Numbered from the stretch's first letter, positions 1 to 11,671 are shown. The stretch: 64,000 nucleotides of DNA from an uncultured virus (IMG/VR IMGVR_UViG_3300042891_001399) (IMGVR_UViG_3300042891_001399), one strand, 5' to 3'. Notes: a model not told the origin generated them from the letters alone. Translations and numbers: made by a program.

Positions 1-711
1 TTTTATCCAGTAAATGGGTTTAATAAGACAAAAAAGATTTTAAAAATTGGTGATAAAAAATTAAGAAAAATAATACTAGAAAATAAATTAGAAAAAAATA
101 GTAAAGTGAGAATTGATTTTTTTAATAAAAATTTTGTTTATATACTTGGTCTAATATGGGCTGATGGTTTTCTAGGATTAAAAGGCAATACTGTTTATAT
201 AGAATGTATTGAAGATGATATGTTAAGATTCAAACCAATGCTTGAAAGTATATCAAATTGGTCTTTCTATAGAAGAGAAAGAGAAAATAAACCTACAATA
301 AACGCATATCTAACTGATAAAAAATTTTATGATATTTTAGTAGAGAATGATTATTTAAATAAAAGTAAATTTAGTCCAATTAAAATATATTCTAAAATAC
401 CTGATATTATGAGAAAGTATTTTTTATTAGGTGTGGTTGATGGTGATGGATGCTTTTACTACAACAAAAAACAATATACTCGTCAATTTATAATAACAGG
501 TAGTATAGAACAGGATTGGTCTTTATTTGAAGATATGCTTAATCAAATTAATGTTAAATTTTCAATAATTAGAAGAGAAAATAAAAATTCAGGATACTCA
601 CAAATAAGAGTAACAAATAAAAAAGACTTAATTAAGGTAGGTGAATTTATATATGGGGATATGATAGTATTGGATAGAAAATATGAATCTTGGAAACTAT
701 CAATTAGTTAA
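1..711 (+). CDS. LAGLIDADG homing endonuclease (5'-truncated by window edge)
   Basis: Two LAGLIDADG motifs (YILGLIWADG, FLLGVVDGDG); frame is open back to position 1. Confidence 0.85.
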   Translation, partial: FYPVNGFNKTKKILKIGDKKLRKIILENKLEKNSKVRIDFFNKNFVYILGLIWADGFLGLKGNTVYIECIEDDMLRFKPMLESISNWSFYRRERENKPTINAYLTDKKFYDILVENDYLNKSKFSPIKIYSKIPDIMRKYFLLGVVDGDGCFYYNKKQYTRQFIITGSIEQDWSLFEDMLNQINVKFSIIRRENKNSGYSQIRVTNKKDLIKVGEFIYGDMIVLDRKYESWKLSIS

Positions 712-820
712 TTAAATTCAGACTTTCCAAATATATTATTATAGTATCATCATGATGTTACATGAAAGCACACCAAAATAACACATATAGTATTTTACTT
801 TATTTAATATATAAGTTTAT

Positions 821-1210
821 ATGAAAAAAATAAAAAAATTCAACACTTTCAATGAAAGTATGGAAAAAGTTGGATCTTACCTTAATGATTTAATTAAAAG
901 AGGTGGTAAAATGGCATCTGATACTTGGGAAGCTACCAAAATTGAAGGAGAGGAAACTAAGATAGCTATTGAGATTTTATCAAGAATGATAAAAGGAGAA
1001 GAAGTATCTGATAAAGAAAAGAGTTTTCTTAGAGCACAATCTATGGATATTGTTAGAATTTTACCCCTAGTTGCTATCTCTGGGATTCCAATTCCGCTAC
1101 CAATAACACCTTTATTGATAATGCTTGGTAAGAAATATGGTTTTGATTTTTTACCTAAAGACCATAGAGGATTACTAAAAGATGATAAAGATAAACAAAT
1201 AGAAGAATAG
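821..1210 (+). CDS. hypothetical protein with MKKIKKFNTFNES leader; possible LETM1-like hydrophobic domain
   Basis: ORF after TAATATATA motif; DIVRILPLVAISGIPIP...FLP segment. Confidence 0.5.
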   Translation: MKKIKKFNTFNESMEKVGSYLNDLIKRGGKMASDTWEATKIEGEETKIAIEILSRMIKGEEVSDKEKSFLRAQSMDIVRILPLVAISGIPIPLPITPLLIMLGKKYGFDFLPKDHRGLLKDDKDKQIEE

Positions 1211-1711
1211 TTATTTACTCATTAAATATTCAACAACTGATTCCCAATTTGGGAATCTTTCTGTTTTAAAGTGAATCCATTCTCCTTCAAATTCTTCTTG
1301 ACCAGCATTGCCCATATCATCAATAAGATAGTCACCTTTTAAGAAAGATTTATTAGGAGCCATAATTGTTTTCTCAACAATATCAAAACCTAAGTGGTCC
1401 CAAATCCATTGAGCTTTCTCAGTATAACAGTTTACATTTCTAAATGAAGGACGTGTTAAAATCCACAAATCATATTTTTCTTCAAGTTTTCTGAAACCTT
1501 CAATAGCACCAGGAATTTCTTCTAACTTCAAAAAGAATCCCCATTGAGATTGTGGATATTTTTGATTTGGATTTTCTGTAAGAGCTTGTTTTGCGGCTTT
1601 GTAGAAGTTACAAAGAACACCATCCATATCAACATAAACTCTTTTCTTATCTGAAGTTCTCATACTATAAATATACGGAGTTTTTCCATTCTTTCCAGTT
1701 ATCAAAGTCAT
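1211..1711 (-). CDS. 5'(3')-deoxyribonucleotidase (NT5C/HAD family); probable start at MRTSDKK (1663)
   Basis: VYVDMDGVL, YTEKAQW, GDYLIDD, C-terminal FPNWESV. Confidence 0.85.
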   Translation of the reverse strand: MTLITGKNGKTPYIYSMRTSDKKRVYVDMDGVLCNFYKAAKQALTENPNQKYPQSQWGFFLKLEEIPGAIEGFRKLEEKYDLWILTRPSFRNVNCYTEKAQWIWDHLGFDIVEKTIMAPNKSFLKGDYLIDDMGNAGQEEFEGEWIHFKTERFPNWESVVEYLMSK

Positions 1712-1849
1712 TTAATTTAACCAACTCTTCCTCTATTTCTGAAATGATTTGGTCTCTTCTAAGTATATGACTTTCAGTTAGAATATCACCGCTATTTCTC
1801 AAGTCAATTAGTTTATTAACTTCTTTAAGTTCTTTTATTTTATCTTGTA

Positions 1850-3351
<1,502 letters not shown>

Positions 3352-3759
3352 TTATTTGATTATTTTTTCTAATTTGTGGTTTCTATCCCATTGAGTCATT
3401 AAACTCAGAAGGTATTCATTTATATATGGGTCACCTGATGTCAATGATATATCCTTGTTTAATTCAAACTCTTCAATATTTATTTCTTTAAAGTTAAGAA
3501 TCTCTCCATACTGAGAGTGCCTCTTTGAATATTCATGTGATTCTTGCCAAGAACAATCTTCATCATATGATAAATCTTCTTCACTTGGCTTCCAACCTTT
3601 TGGCTCATTAAAAACACTATATTGTTTTTCTTCATAGAAATCTTCCCACTTTTTAGCAGTTTCCTCAGCCACATTTTTATCGGTGAAAAGACCAATAATT
3701 TTCCAACTTGAAGACTCAAAATCCTCAAAGTAGGATCTGACCATGTAAATTTTATCCAT
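3352..3759 (-). CDS. hypothetical protein (C-terminal RNHKLEKIIK)
   Basis: ORF abutting purA. Confidence 0.65.
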   Translation of the reverse strand: MDKIYMVRSYFEDFESSSWKIIGLFTDKNVAEETAKKWEDFYEEKQYSVFNEPKGWKPSEEDLSYDEDCSWQESHEYSKRHSQYGEILNFKEINIEEFELNKDISLTSGDPYINEYLLSLMTQWDRNHKLEKIIK

Positions 3760-4282
3760 TTAAAATATTGTCTAAATTGTTATCTCTTAAAACTCCAGAC
3801 TCTCTCATTAGTTCAGTCCAAATTTCATTGAAGTTATCAGCATTTATTTCTTTAAGCTTTTGTATAAGAATTGGTTTAAGCTCATCAAATAGTTTTTCGT
3901 CTTTATAATTAGTTCTAAGTTTATAACCATAGTTAATACTAAAACCTAAACCTTTATGTAAGGACATTTCAACATAATTTTCTTCACTATAAAGAATATT
4001 AGAACTTCTTTTTATAGGTGTCTTAACTTTAGTTATATCACCGACACTTACAGAAATTCTACTATCATCAACATTAATATTAATATTATTTTTATAAGTA
4101 GCCAAATTCAAAATCATTTTTTTGAATTTCTCACTAACCTCCGAATCATACTCTGACCAATCACCACCTGATATTTCTTCAGACATCTTCGTTGGTCTGG
4201 ATTCTATCTCGTAGTTTCTAAACTCCTCGTGTATGAGTTTAGCCATTTTTTTAATTTTCTTAGACTTCATATAAAGAATCAA
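3752..4282 (-). CDS. hypothetical protein (C-terminal RDNNLDNIL)
   Basis: ORF in operon. Confidence 0.65.
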   Translation of the reverse strand: MILYMKSKKIKKMAKLIHEEFRNYEIESRPTKMSEEISGGDWSEYDSEVSEKFKKMILNLATYKNNININVDDSRISVSVGDITKVKTPIKRSSNILYSEENYVEMSLHKGLGFSINYGYKLRTNYKDEKLFDELKPILIQKLKEINADNFNEIWTELMRESGVLRDNNLDNILNG

Positions 4283-4622
4283 TTTTATAATTTCTGAGCT
4301 CTGTTTTAGACCATTCTATGAACTTTGGATCATAGCCCAATATTTTATTCAATTCTGTGTATAAAGTTGTAAAATCTAAATCTTTTAACTTATGTGAAGC
4401 AAATAAATTAACACTACCATAAGTAAATTCAACAACTTTATCACCATCACCCCATTTATATGTGACTATTTTAATATCTAATCTACCCATACTCCAAGCT
4501 TTATAGTTGGTAGGCACATGGTTATAAATTTTACCATCAATAGTTTCAACCATATAATTAGGCTCGTACCTAAAAAAATTAGGAATAGACATTAAATATT
4601 CTTTTAATTCTAATCCTGTCAT
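4260..4622 (-). CDS. hypothetical protein (C-terminal RNYKIDSL)
   Basis: ORF in operon. Confidence 0.65.
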   Translation of the reverse strand: MTGLELKEYLMSIPNFFRYEPNYMVETIDGKIYNHVPTNYKAWSMGRLDIKIVTYKWGDGDKVVEFTYGSVNLFASHKLKDLDFTTLYTELNKILGYDPKFIEWSKTELRNYKIDSLYEV

Positions 4623-4939
4623 GATAGAACTTTATTTATTTTAGAATCTCTTACAGAGGATTTAAGACCATTATTTACTTTAGTATGATGATTTTCCGCA
4701 TCGTGGTTACCGGCTATACTGTAAATCCTCATATTTTCAAAATGTAATACTTCCCAATTAGGAATAAATTTTTCCCAGGAACCATATTCACATCTTAACT
4801 TAGGTTTATGATTCTCAGTCGCAATCTCTATCATTCCTTTACCAATATGAGGCATACTGATTAAGTGCATTTCATAGATACAGCCATTAATAAACCCTAG
4901 TGAGTTTTTACCAATAAATTTTGCTTTTATCTTAAACAT
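4619..4939 (-). CDS. hypothetical protein (C-terminal RDSKINKVL)
   Basis: ORF with ATGA overlap. Confidence 0.65.
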   Translation of the reverse strand: MFKIKAKFIGKNSLGFINGCIYEMHLISMPHIGKGMIEIATENHKPKLRCEYGSWEKFIPNWEVLHFENMRIYSIAGNHDAENHHTKVNNGLKSSVRDSKINKVLS

Positions 4940-4940
4940 A

Positions 4941-5498
4941 TTACAATTCTAAAATGTTATTTAATTTTTCACTACGTCTTAATGTTTTCAATTTAGAAGA
5001 GATATTATCAATAGTTGATTGATAGTATTTTCTCGTTTCTTCATTTTCATTCTGATGATATTCTATAATATAATCCCAAAGAAAAATTATAACATCATTA
5101 GAAATTTTAGATTCATTATCAATTGATATAGAACCGCTGTGACCAAATCCTCTGTCTCCATTTAATATAGTGAAAGCGGATAAATACATTCCATCACTAT
5201 CTCTCACTCTTGATCTAATACGAATTCCTGTAGGTGATTCAAAATTTATTGTCCAATTTTTTGAGTGATATGACATATCGGCTTCTACTTCAACTTTCCA
5301 AGTTTCTAACTTGGCACTTTCCATAACATCATAAACTAATTTATATTTTGGATCTAAACTTTCATAAGTTGGTTTATCTGGAATTACTTTAAGAATAATT
5401 CCTTCAGTTTTAGGTTTGACTATAGGTTTAATCTTATTAAAAATAAGATAAAAGCTGACTATCTGTGAAATAGTTAATAGGATTATAAAAAATGCCAT
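4941..5498 (-). CDS. hypothetical membrane-anchored protein (C-terminal RSEKLNNIL)
   Basis: N-terminal hydrophobic helix. Confidence 0.65.
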   Translation of the reverse strand: MAFFIILLTISQIVSFYLIFNKIKPIVKPKTEGIILKVIPDKPTYESLDPKYKLVYDVMESAKLETWKVEVEADMSYHSKNWTINFESPTGIRIRSRVRDSDGMYLSAFTILNGDRGFGHSGSISIDNESKISNDVIIFLWDYIIEYHQNENEETRKYYQSTIDNISSKLKTLRRSEKLNNILEL

Positions 5499-5519
5499 AT
5501 GATTTTAATATATACTTTA

Positions 5520-6599
5520 ATGAACAAGATTAGCAAATATAATGACTTTCTTTTAGAAAAACAATTTAATTCTATAATAGATGATATTTTTAGAATGGTT
5601 GAAGATGTAGAAGGTAAATGGACAAGTCCAACTACAATAGAATGGGACTACTCTAACGAACCTAAAGAAGAACCCGAAAAAGATAAAAATGACGTTGATG
5701 AATTAACGGATAAAATTATTGACTTTGGCGAAAAGGCTTTGAATAAACTTCGTGACTTCTTACAGAAACTACCTAAAGAAAAGATTAAAGAGTATTATGT
5801 AAAGATGATTAATAAATTCAAATCTTTGCCTGAAACTTTAAGAAGAAAACTTATAGCTGGAGTTACAGGTGTTTTCTTAACATTTGTGAGTCTTACTTAT
5901 TTATTAACACCATCTGCTGGTTCAACAAGTAATATATTTAGAGGTGGTTTAAGTGATAATCAAACAGAAGAAATTATTCAAGTTACTAAAGATAAAAAAG
6001 TTAAAACTCATGTTTCATTTGAAAAGGCACAAGGTCTTGTTAAATTAGCAGAATCAGGTTACTCAGATGATAAAGGTGATAATGGTAACTTCATTGATAT
6101 ACCAAGAGGTGGTAAAAGATTTATAGGAACTAATCACGGTATATCAGCTCCTATATTAGCAAAATACTTTAAAGACCAAGGTGTAAAAAGATTACTTACA
6201 AAACAAGATATGATGAAATTATCATATAAGACAGCTTTGAAGATTTATAAAGTAAATTACTGGGATGCTCAACATTTAAGTGAACTATCAGACCAAAATA
6301 TAGCCAATGTTATTTATGATGGTTGTGTTAATCAAGGTATTGATGGTATGAGAAGTATTGTTAGAGATGCTTTAGAAGAGAACGGTATTGAGATAAGTGA
6401 TGATGATGTTATTTTTTCTAAAGAAGTTTTAACAAAAGCAAATAGTGTGGACCAAGAAAAATTATTTAACTCTATTAAAAAGTTTAGAGAAGGTAAATAT
6501 AGAGAATCCGAAACATTCAAAAGACACGGAGAAGGTTGGTTGAATAGATTAGACGCTATTTCATATGAAGGTGAAATATCAAATTTAGATCAGGCATGA
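5520..6599 (+). CDS. GH108-like lysozyme / peptidoglycan hydrolase with N-terminal leader and TM segment
   Basis: ESGYSDDKGD, GTNHGI, YKVNYWD, YDGCVNQG, GWLNR motifs; ATG at 5520 follows TAATATATA. Confidence 0.8.
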   Translation: MNKISKYNDFLLEKQFNSIIDDIFRMVEDVEGKWTSPTTIEWDYSNEPKEEPEKDKNDVDELTDKIIDFGEKALNKLRDFLQKLPKEKIKEYYVKMINKFKSLPETLRRKLIAGVTGVFLTFVSLTYLLTPSAGSTSNIFRGGLSDNQTEEIIQVTKDKKVKTHVSFEKAQGLVKLAESGYSDDKGDNGNFIDIPRGGKRFIGTNHGISAPILAKYFKDQGVKRLLTKQDMMKLSYKTALKIYKVNYWDAQHLSELSDQNIANVIYDGCVNQGIDGMRSIVRDALEENGIEISDDDVIFSKEVLTKANSVDQEKLFNSIKKFREGKYRESETFKRHGEGWLNRLDAISYEGEISNLDQA

Positions 6600-7195
6600 T
6601 ACATTTAAAAACATTTAATGAGATGATTAAAGTGCCTATCAAAGTTGGTGATACGGTATTAGGTGGTCGTTTTAAGAATAAGAAAGTTGTTGTTAAGAAA
6701 ATTGGCAAGAATGACAAAGGTGATATTACCATTAATGATAAACCACTTCTTAAATTCAGAATTGTAAAAGAGTCAGCTTCTTATGATGATCTTAAAAATA
6801 ATGTAGAAGATTATTTAGCACATCTTAAAGATGATGGGTTTATGACAGAGACTGGTAATGTTAAAGTTGCTGGTAAACCTGATAGAGATAATTTTTTTGT
6901 AAGAGTGTGGTTACCTCAGAAACCTATTGATAATGATGGTTCATCAGAATCTTGGTTGAGTTATAGATATCAAACTGCTGGTGAGTTTACTTGGTCTCAA
7001 ATAGAAGATGAAGTAAATAGATTCATTTCAATTGCTTTAGAAGAATGGAACTTAGATTACTTATATGTAATTAAAGATACTGTTGATGGTTCTACATTTA
7101 TGAGACAGCAATTTACCTTAGATGAGTTATATAATCTACCAGGTGATTTTAAAATCAAGTCACTTATGATAGGGCTTGGTAATGATATAATATAA
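6596..7195 (+). CDS. hypothetical protein, MxHLKTFNE leader family
   Basis: ORF; leader motif; VEDYLAHLKDDGF paralogous domain. Confidence 0.7.
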   Translation: MIHLKTFNEMIKVPIKVGDTVLGGRFKNKKVVVKKIGKNDKGDITINDKPLLKFRIVKESASYDDLKNNVEDYLAHLKDDGFMTETGNVKVAGKPDRDNFFVRVWLPQKPIDNDGSSESWLSYRYQTAGEFTWSQIEDEVNRFISIALEEWNLDYLYVIKDTVDGSTFMRQQFTLDELYNLPGDFKIKSLMIGLGNDII

Positions 7196-7219
7196 AATCT
7201 AAATTAAATATATATTTTT

Positions 7220-7927
7220 ATGAAACATTTAAGAAAATTTAACGAGAACGTATCACTATTTGATCCAAAGTGGGTAGAATTATTACCTAAAAAACTTACA
7301 TTAATTACACAAAATGGTGAGTTTGAATTAGAAGTGAATAGTTTAGATCCTGATGAATATGGGTATTCAGGTACTTATAATCTAATGACATCTTTTTCAT
7401 TTTCATATAGTCAAAATACAGTTGAAAAAGAAGATGGTGACGTTAACGCAGATGCTGAACCAGATGGTTTACAATTTGACATTGCTGTCGTTAAAGACAA
7501 CGATGGTACTGAAGCTAATCCTTCAGATTCATTAAGATTAAATGTTGACTTAACATATGGTGATGCAATGATGTATGAATTTACAATTGATTATCCAAAT
7601 AAAGTAAATGTTCATCATTATAATGGTAAAGACTCTTTATATGACCCAGAAACTCATTTTGGATTCTCTGATGAGTCCTTACAAGAATTGATAACTTTAT
7701 TCAATAGATTTGGATTTACAACAACTCCAGAAGATTTTAAGTTTATAGACAGCGATTTAGATAGTTATGATTACAAATCACAAAATGATGAAATTTTAAA
7801 AGACATTAAAACAACTGGTAGTAAGATAGAGCCAATGTTAATGGATGATGAAGAAAAGGTTGAAGTTGATGCCTTAAAAGGTGGTGATAAAATTCTTAGA
7901 TACAAGCAATTTAAATCAAACAAATAA
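7220..7927 (+). CDS. hypothetical acidic protein, MKHLRKFNE leader
   Basis: ORF; AATATATA upstream. Confidence 0.7.
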   Translation: MKHLRKFNENVSLFDPKWVELLPKKLTLITQNGEFELEVNSLDPDEYGYSGTYNLMTSFSFSYSQNTVEKEDGDVNADAEPDGLQFDIAVVKDNDGTEANPSDSLRLNVDLTYGDAMMYEFTIDYPNKVNVHHYNGKDSLYDPETHFGFSDESLQELITLFNRFGFTTTPEDFKFIDSDLDSYDYKSQNDEILKDIKTTGSKIEPMLMDDEEKVEVDALKGGDKILRYKQFKSNK

Positions 7928-7962
7928 TCTAAATAACATATAATTCATAAAAGTAATAATTT

Positions 7963-8412
7963 ATGAGAATATCTATTGGCTGTGACCACGCAGCATTTGA
8001 ACTTAAAGAAAAAGTTAAGCAATATCTTTCCACTAAACAAGGTATAGAACTAAATGATTGGGGTTGTTACTCTGAAGAAAGATGTGATTATCCAGATTTC
8101 GGACACGCAGTCGCTGAAGATGTTAATAATCAAAAATGTGATTTTGGTATCTTAATGTGTGGCTCTGGTAATGGAATCAATATGACTGCTAATAAATGGT
8201 CAGGTGTTCGTTCGGCTCTTTGTTGGAACTCAGAAATTGCCAATATGGCTCGCTTACACAATGATGCTAACATCTTAACTTTACCCGGTAGATACATTTC
8301 TGAAGAAGAGGCTTTTAAATGTGTTGATGAATTTTTGAACACCGGATTTGAAGGCGGAAGACACTCAGATAGAATCGCTAAAATTTCTAACAGAAATTTG
8401 AAAAATATTTAA
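7963..8412 (+). CDS. rpiB: ribose-5-phosphate isomerase B
   Basis: GCDHA, CGSGNG, ARLHNDAN, FEGGRH motifs. Confidence 0.95.
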   Translation: MRISIGCDHAAFELKEKVKQYLSTKQGIELNDWGCYSEERCDYPDFGHAVAEDVNNQKCDFGILMCGSGNGINMTANKWSGVRSALCWNSEIANMARLHNDANILTLPGRYISEEEAFKCVDEFLNTGFEGGRHSDRIAKISNRNLKNI

Positions 8413-8431
8413 TTTATTTTTATATTTGTAA

Positions 8432-8473
8432 AAAATAAGAATCCTTTATACAGTAAGGGATTCTTATTTTTTT
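8432..8473 (+). terminator. intrinsic terminator (likely bidirectional)
   Basis: aaaaaataagaatcctt-loop-aagggattcttatttttt. Confidence 0.7.
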
Positions 8474-8541
8474 AGATTTTTACTACACTTTATTGATAAT
8501 ACGAACTTAATAAATAATTTACATAAAAATAATTTCTTAAT

Positions 8542-8754
8542 ATGCTATCAAATCCAGAATACCTTAGAGAATTAACTGTTAATCAAATTTTCAATGATGA
8601 GAAAAGTGATGAACCAGTAGTTCATAGTTTTATTAAATATATTGATGCTTATTGTGCTGAATTGAAATGTACAGAACACGATATTTTATTAGATAATGAA
8701 AAATATAACGAGGTATTTGGAATATTTAGTAATATAATGGCTATTAAAGATTAG
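8542..8754 (+). CDS. hypothetical protein
   Basis: ORF track. Confidence 0.55.
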   Translation: MLSNPEYLRELTVNQIFNDEKSDEPVVHSFIKYIDAYCAELKCTEHDILLDNEKYNEVFGIFSNIMAIKD

Positions 8755-8933
8755 TCTTTTTTATAAGCACCGCCTTTTCTTTTTCTTTTACAGTATTGCT
8801 TTTGACTGAATCCTTTTGGATTTGAGCAGTTAATGCCTTTTTTATATTTAACTGACCAACGTTTTTTACCACCAGCTCTTGGTTTGTTGTAGGATTCGTT
8901 AACGAATGATTCAAATGTTAAAATATTTTCCAT
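8751..8933 (-). CDS. small basic protein with MENILTFESFVNES leader
   Basis: KWSxKYKxxINCSNPKGFSQKQYC; AATATATA upstream. Confidence 0.65.
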   Translation of the reverse strand: MENILTFESFVNESYNKPRAGGKKRWSVKYKKGINCSNPKGFSQKQYCKRKRKGGAYKKD

Positions 8934-8964
8934 ACTGTATATATTTTTTTATATATTTGTAAAA

Positions 8965-9594
8965 ATGTTTATTATGGGTTATTTAAAATTTACACTTACT
9001 TTTTTACTTGAGTTGATTAAGACAAATATTGTTAAGACAATATTTCTTATTGTTGCTATTATTGGATTTCATTATGCTGGTACATTTCCAGATAGTATAG
9101 AAACATATAATGTTGTAGCAGAAACAAAAGTTGAAAACACATACATATATGTTTATGAAACTATTAGTGATAATAAAGTCAAATATAATAATATTTGGCA
9201 AGAAGGAAAACCATTTACCGTTAAAGATGGTGTGATAAAACTACCAAGTTATAATGGTTTTAATGTTTTATTTTGGATTTTATTTGGAGTACCAGTTGTT
9301 GTATTAGTGATTGCGGCATTTGTGGGAATAGGTGATGATGATATTGGTTGGGGATTAGAAGATGCTTGGAAAGAAGCATTTAGTACCTTAATTTACTGTG
9401 AAGAAGAAAATGGAGAGTTTTATTACTTTGCTCTAGGTCGTCTAATTTCTAAAAAAGATAGGCAAATTTCAACATACTATAACGCATGTAGAGAATTGAG
9501 TATAGGTGGATTTAGAGATTTATACCGTTGTCCAAAATATCAAACCAAAACTCAAAGACGTGAAACTTTATTAAACAAAATTGGTATAAACTAA
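8965..9594 (+). CDS. membrane protein
   Basis: Two hydrophobic segments; TAtaTTTG promoter upstream; C-terminal RETLLNKI. Confidence 0.7.
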   Translation: MFIMGYLKFTLTFLLELIKTNIVKTIFLIVAIIGFHYAGTFPDSIETYNVVAETKVENTYIYVYETISDNKVKYNNIWQEGKPFTVKDGVIKLPSYNGFNVLFWILFGVPVVVLVIAAFVGIGDDDIGWGLEDAWKEAFSTLIYCEEENGEFYYFALGRLISKKDRQISTYYNACRELSIGGFRDLYRCPKYQTKTQRRETLLNKIGIN

Positions 9595-9610
9595 AATATT
9601 ATTTATAAAT

Positions 9611-9853
9611 ATGTCAACAAAAAGTAATTCTGGAACAGGTTTAAGTTTATCACCTGTTCTTTTCATTGTATTCTTAGTTCTTAAATTAACAGGAAATATT
9701 GATTGGTCTTGGTGGTGGGTAACTTCACCTCTTTGGATACCATTTGCAATAGGTTTGGCTCTTGTTGGAGTTGTATTTTTAGCAATCATAATAGCTCTAA
9801 TATTTGGAGCTTCAGTTGAAGATATTAAATCAAAAATTAAAATTAAAAAATAA
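9611..9853 (+). CDS. small phage membrane protein
   Basis: LKLTGNIDWSWWWVTSPLW motif, 2 TM segments. Confidence 0.75.
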   Translation: MSTKSNSGTGLSLSPVLFIVFLVLKLTGNIDWSWWWVTSPLWIPFAIGLALVGVVFLAIIIALIFGASVEDIKSKIKIKK

Positions 9854-9889
9854 ATTTGTTTATTTGGTTATTTGTTGTATCTTTGTATT

Positions 9890-10160
9890 AAGGTTATTGA
9901 GTTAACCGAAACCAAAAACAACAAATATTCTGTAATAAGTCACGGACGGCAATCCAGACGAATAACAGACTAAGCTTTGCCGAGGTTAGGGGATGATAAA
10001 TCTGTTGGTCCCGCAGTAGACTTAGTATCAGTCATAACGATACGGTTGAATTAAAAGGTTTATGACACGAAAGAATGAAGATGTGAACTTCTGAACTTCA
10101 CAAGAAAAAAGACTGGCTAAGAATTGATTCACACGATTCTAAACCGGTCTTTCTTGTTTT
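9890..10160 (+). ncRNA. structured non-coding RNA candidate (family unknown)
   Basis: ORF-free, GC-enriched, own TAtcTTTG promoter (9878-9885), several helices and a 6-bp pseudoknot. Confidence 0.6.
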
Positions 10161-10172
10161 AATATATACCCT

Positions 10173-10421
10173 ATGAAATATCTTAAAAGATTTAATGAGG
10201 GTGATGAACATCAATTATCTTGGGCGGGTTCCTTTTTAGCATTTAATAATCCAGAGATACCAAGAGATCCAAAAAAAGAACCAATTCCTCAAAAAGTAGC
10301 TTACCCTCACAAATGTCTTAGTTGTAATGTTGAATACTACTTCATGAAAGAAGATGGTGAGCCAACTTGTCCTAAATGTAAGTCAACAGACTCAGAAGAT
10401 ATTTTAGTTGATGGTTATTAA
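10173..10421 (+). CDS. zinc-ribbon protein with MKYLKRFNE leader
   Basis: CLSC...CPKC. Confidence 0.7.
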   Translation: MKYLKRFNEGDEHQLSWAGSFLAFNNPEIPRDPKKEPIPQKVAYPHKCLSCNVEYYFMKEDGEPTCPKCKSTDSEDILVDGY

Positions 10422-10432
10422 TATATACTCTA

Positions 10433-11413
10433 ATGAAACACCTTAAAAAATATAAAGCATTTTTAGAAGATGGTACGGCCACCACAACAGCAACAACTGC
10501 TGGTATGGGTGCTGTTTCAAATGCTCAACCAGGTGCGCTAGCAGGAAACACAGGTACAGATGGTTCTGGTGATATTTCTTTTTACATGTTAGATAAGAAA
10601 GGTAAAAAGATTAAAAAAGGAACTCCAAGTGAAGTTTCTGATGCTAGATATTTAGCTCCAGCTAAAGGTATTACTAAATTAAAAGAATCTAAATTAGATG
10701 ATGAAAATGCTAATATTGTAGAAGAATGTTTACAAGAATTATATGATATGGGATTTGAAATCAATGAATATAAAGTTGATAGTAGTGATGAAGAATATGA
10801 TTTAGATGATGATAACTATGGAACATTCAAATCTCAGGAAATAAGAATATCAGTATATAAACAAGTTGAAAAAATATGGAGAGGTAATCTTAATTTAAAA
10901 TATAGTTTTGACAAGAATGAAGTTTATAAAAAACACATATCAACTCTTAGACCTGGTGGTAGTGAATTAGAGTCATATGAATCTGAAATAGTTGAAGTAG
11001 CGGAAGATGCTTGTAATAAGTTAATTAATCATTTAGAATATACATCAGGTGTGTTAACAGTTTACTTTGAAGCACCCGGTCAAATGGTAAATTGGAACAA
11101 AGAAAGAAGTATAAATGTTAATATTCATATAGTTCTTAATAGAAATGTTTATCCAACAAATGAATCATATAACGATGTTCAAGAATATACAAATCAAATA
11201 ATGTCTTTATTAAAAGAATTTAATATAAGACCTGTTGTTCTTAATCATATACTTGACCAATATCAAGATGATATATCACAATATTATGAAGAAGGTAAAG
11301 ATCCTAAATTCTTTGTTGATGAAATAGTTAAAGATATGGAATTAGACTCTGGTGGATTTATGGCTCATAAAGTTGGTTCAGCTGGTTACAGTAAGGTAAT
11401 TAAATATTTATAA
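10433..11413 (+). CDS. hypothetical multi-segment protein with MKHLKKYKAFLE leader
   Basis: ORF; internal KLKES and TNES junction-like sites. Confidence 0.7.
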   Translation: MKHLKKYKAFLEDGTATTTATTAGMGAVSNAQPGALAGNTGTDGSGDISFYMLDKKGKKIKKGTPSEVSDARYLAPAKGITKLKESKLDDENANIVEECLQELYDMGFEINEYKVDSSDEEYDLDDDNYGTFKSQEIRISVYKQVEKIWRGNLNLKYSFDKNEVYKKHISTLRPGGSELESYESEIVEVAEDACNKLINHLEYTSGVLTVYFEAPGQMVNWNKERSINVNIHIVLNRNVYPTNESYNDVQEYTNQIMSLLKEFNIRPVVLNHILDQYQDDISQYYEEGKDPKFFVDEIVKDMELDSGGFMAHKVGSAGYSKVIKYL

Positions 11414-11414
11414 A

Positions 11415-11633
11415 ATGAAACTTGACTTACACGGTATCAAACATGAAGATGTACCTAGGAAACTAGATGTTTTCTTTTGGGATATGATGAAGTCTGATAA
11501 ACATCAAGTAGAAGTAGTTACCGGTATAAGTTCAAGAATGAAAGAGATAGTTATTGATAATTGTAAAGACTATGGCTTTATTGTAAATGAAATGTATTTT
11601 AATCCAGGAAGCTTAATAATAAATTTAATTTAA
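11415..11633 (+). CDS. stand-alone Smr (MutS2-C-like) domain protein
   Basis: LDLHG, VVTG, NPG motifs. Confidence 0.75.
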   Translation: MKLDLHGIKHEDVPRKLDVFFWDMMKSDKHQVEVVTGISSRMKEIVIDNCKDYGFIVNEMYFNPGSLIINLI

Positions 11634-11639
11634 AATATA

Positions 11640-11671
11640 TTTGGGGAAGTAAAACTTTTGATATATATTTG
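11640..11671 (+). promoter_or_regulatory. Bacteroidota-type sigma-70 promoter (-33 TTTG / -7 TAnnTTTG)
   Basis: TTTG 11640-43, 20-nt spacer, TATATTTG 11664-71. Confidence 0.75.

Noticed and set aside
712..800. Intron 3' end downstream of the LAGLIDADG ORF
   Set aside because: No recognisable P7/P9 or resuming exon; upstream context lies outside the window
9961..10035. Group I intron core
   Set aside because: Only a P7-like ACAGACUAA is visible; no convincing P4-P6 or interrupted gene
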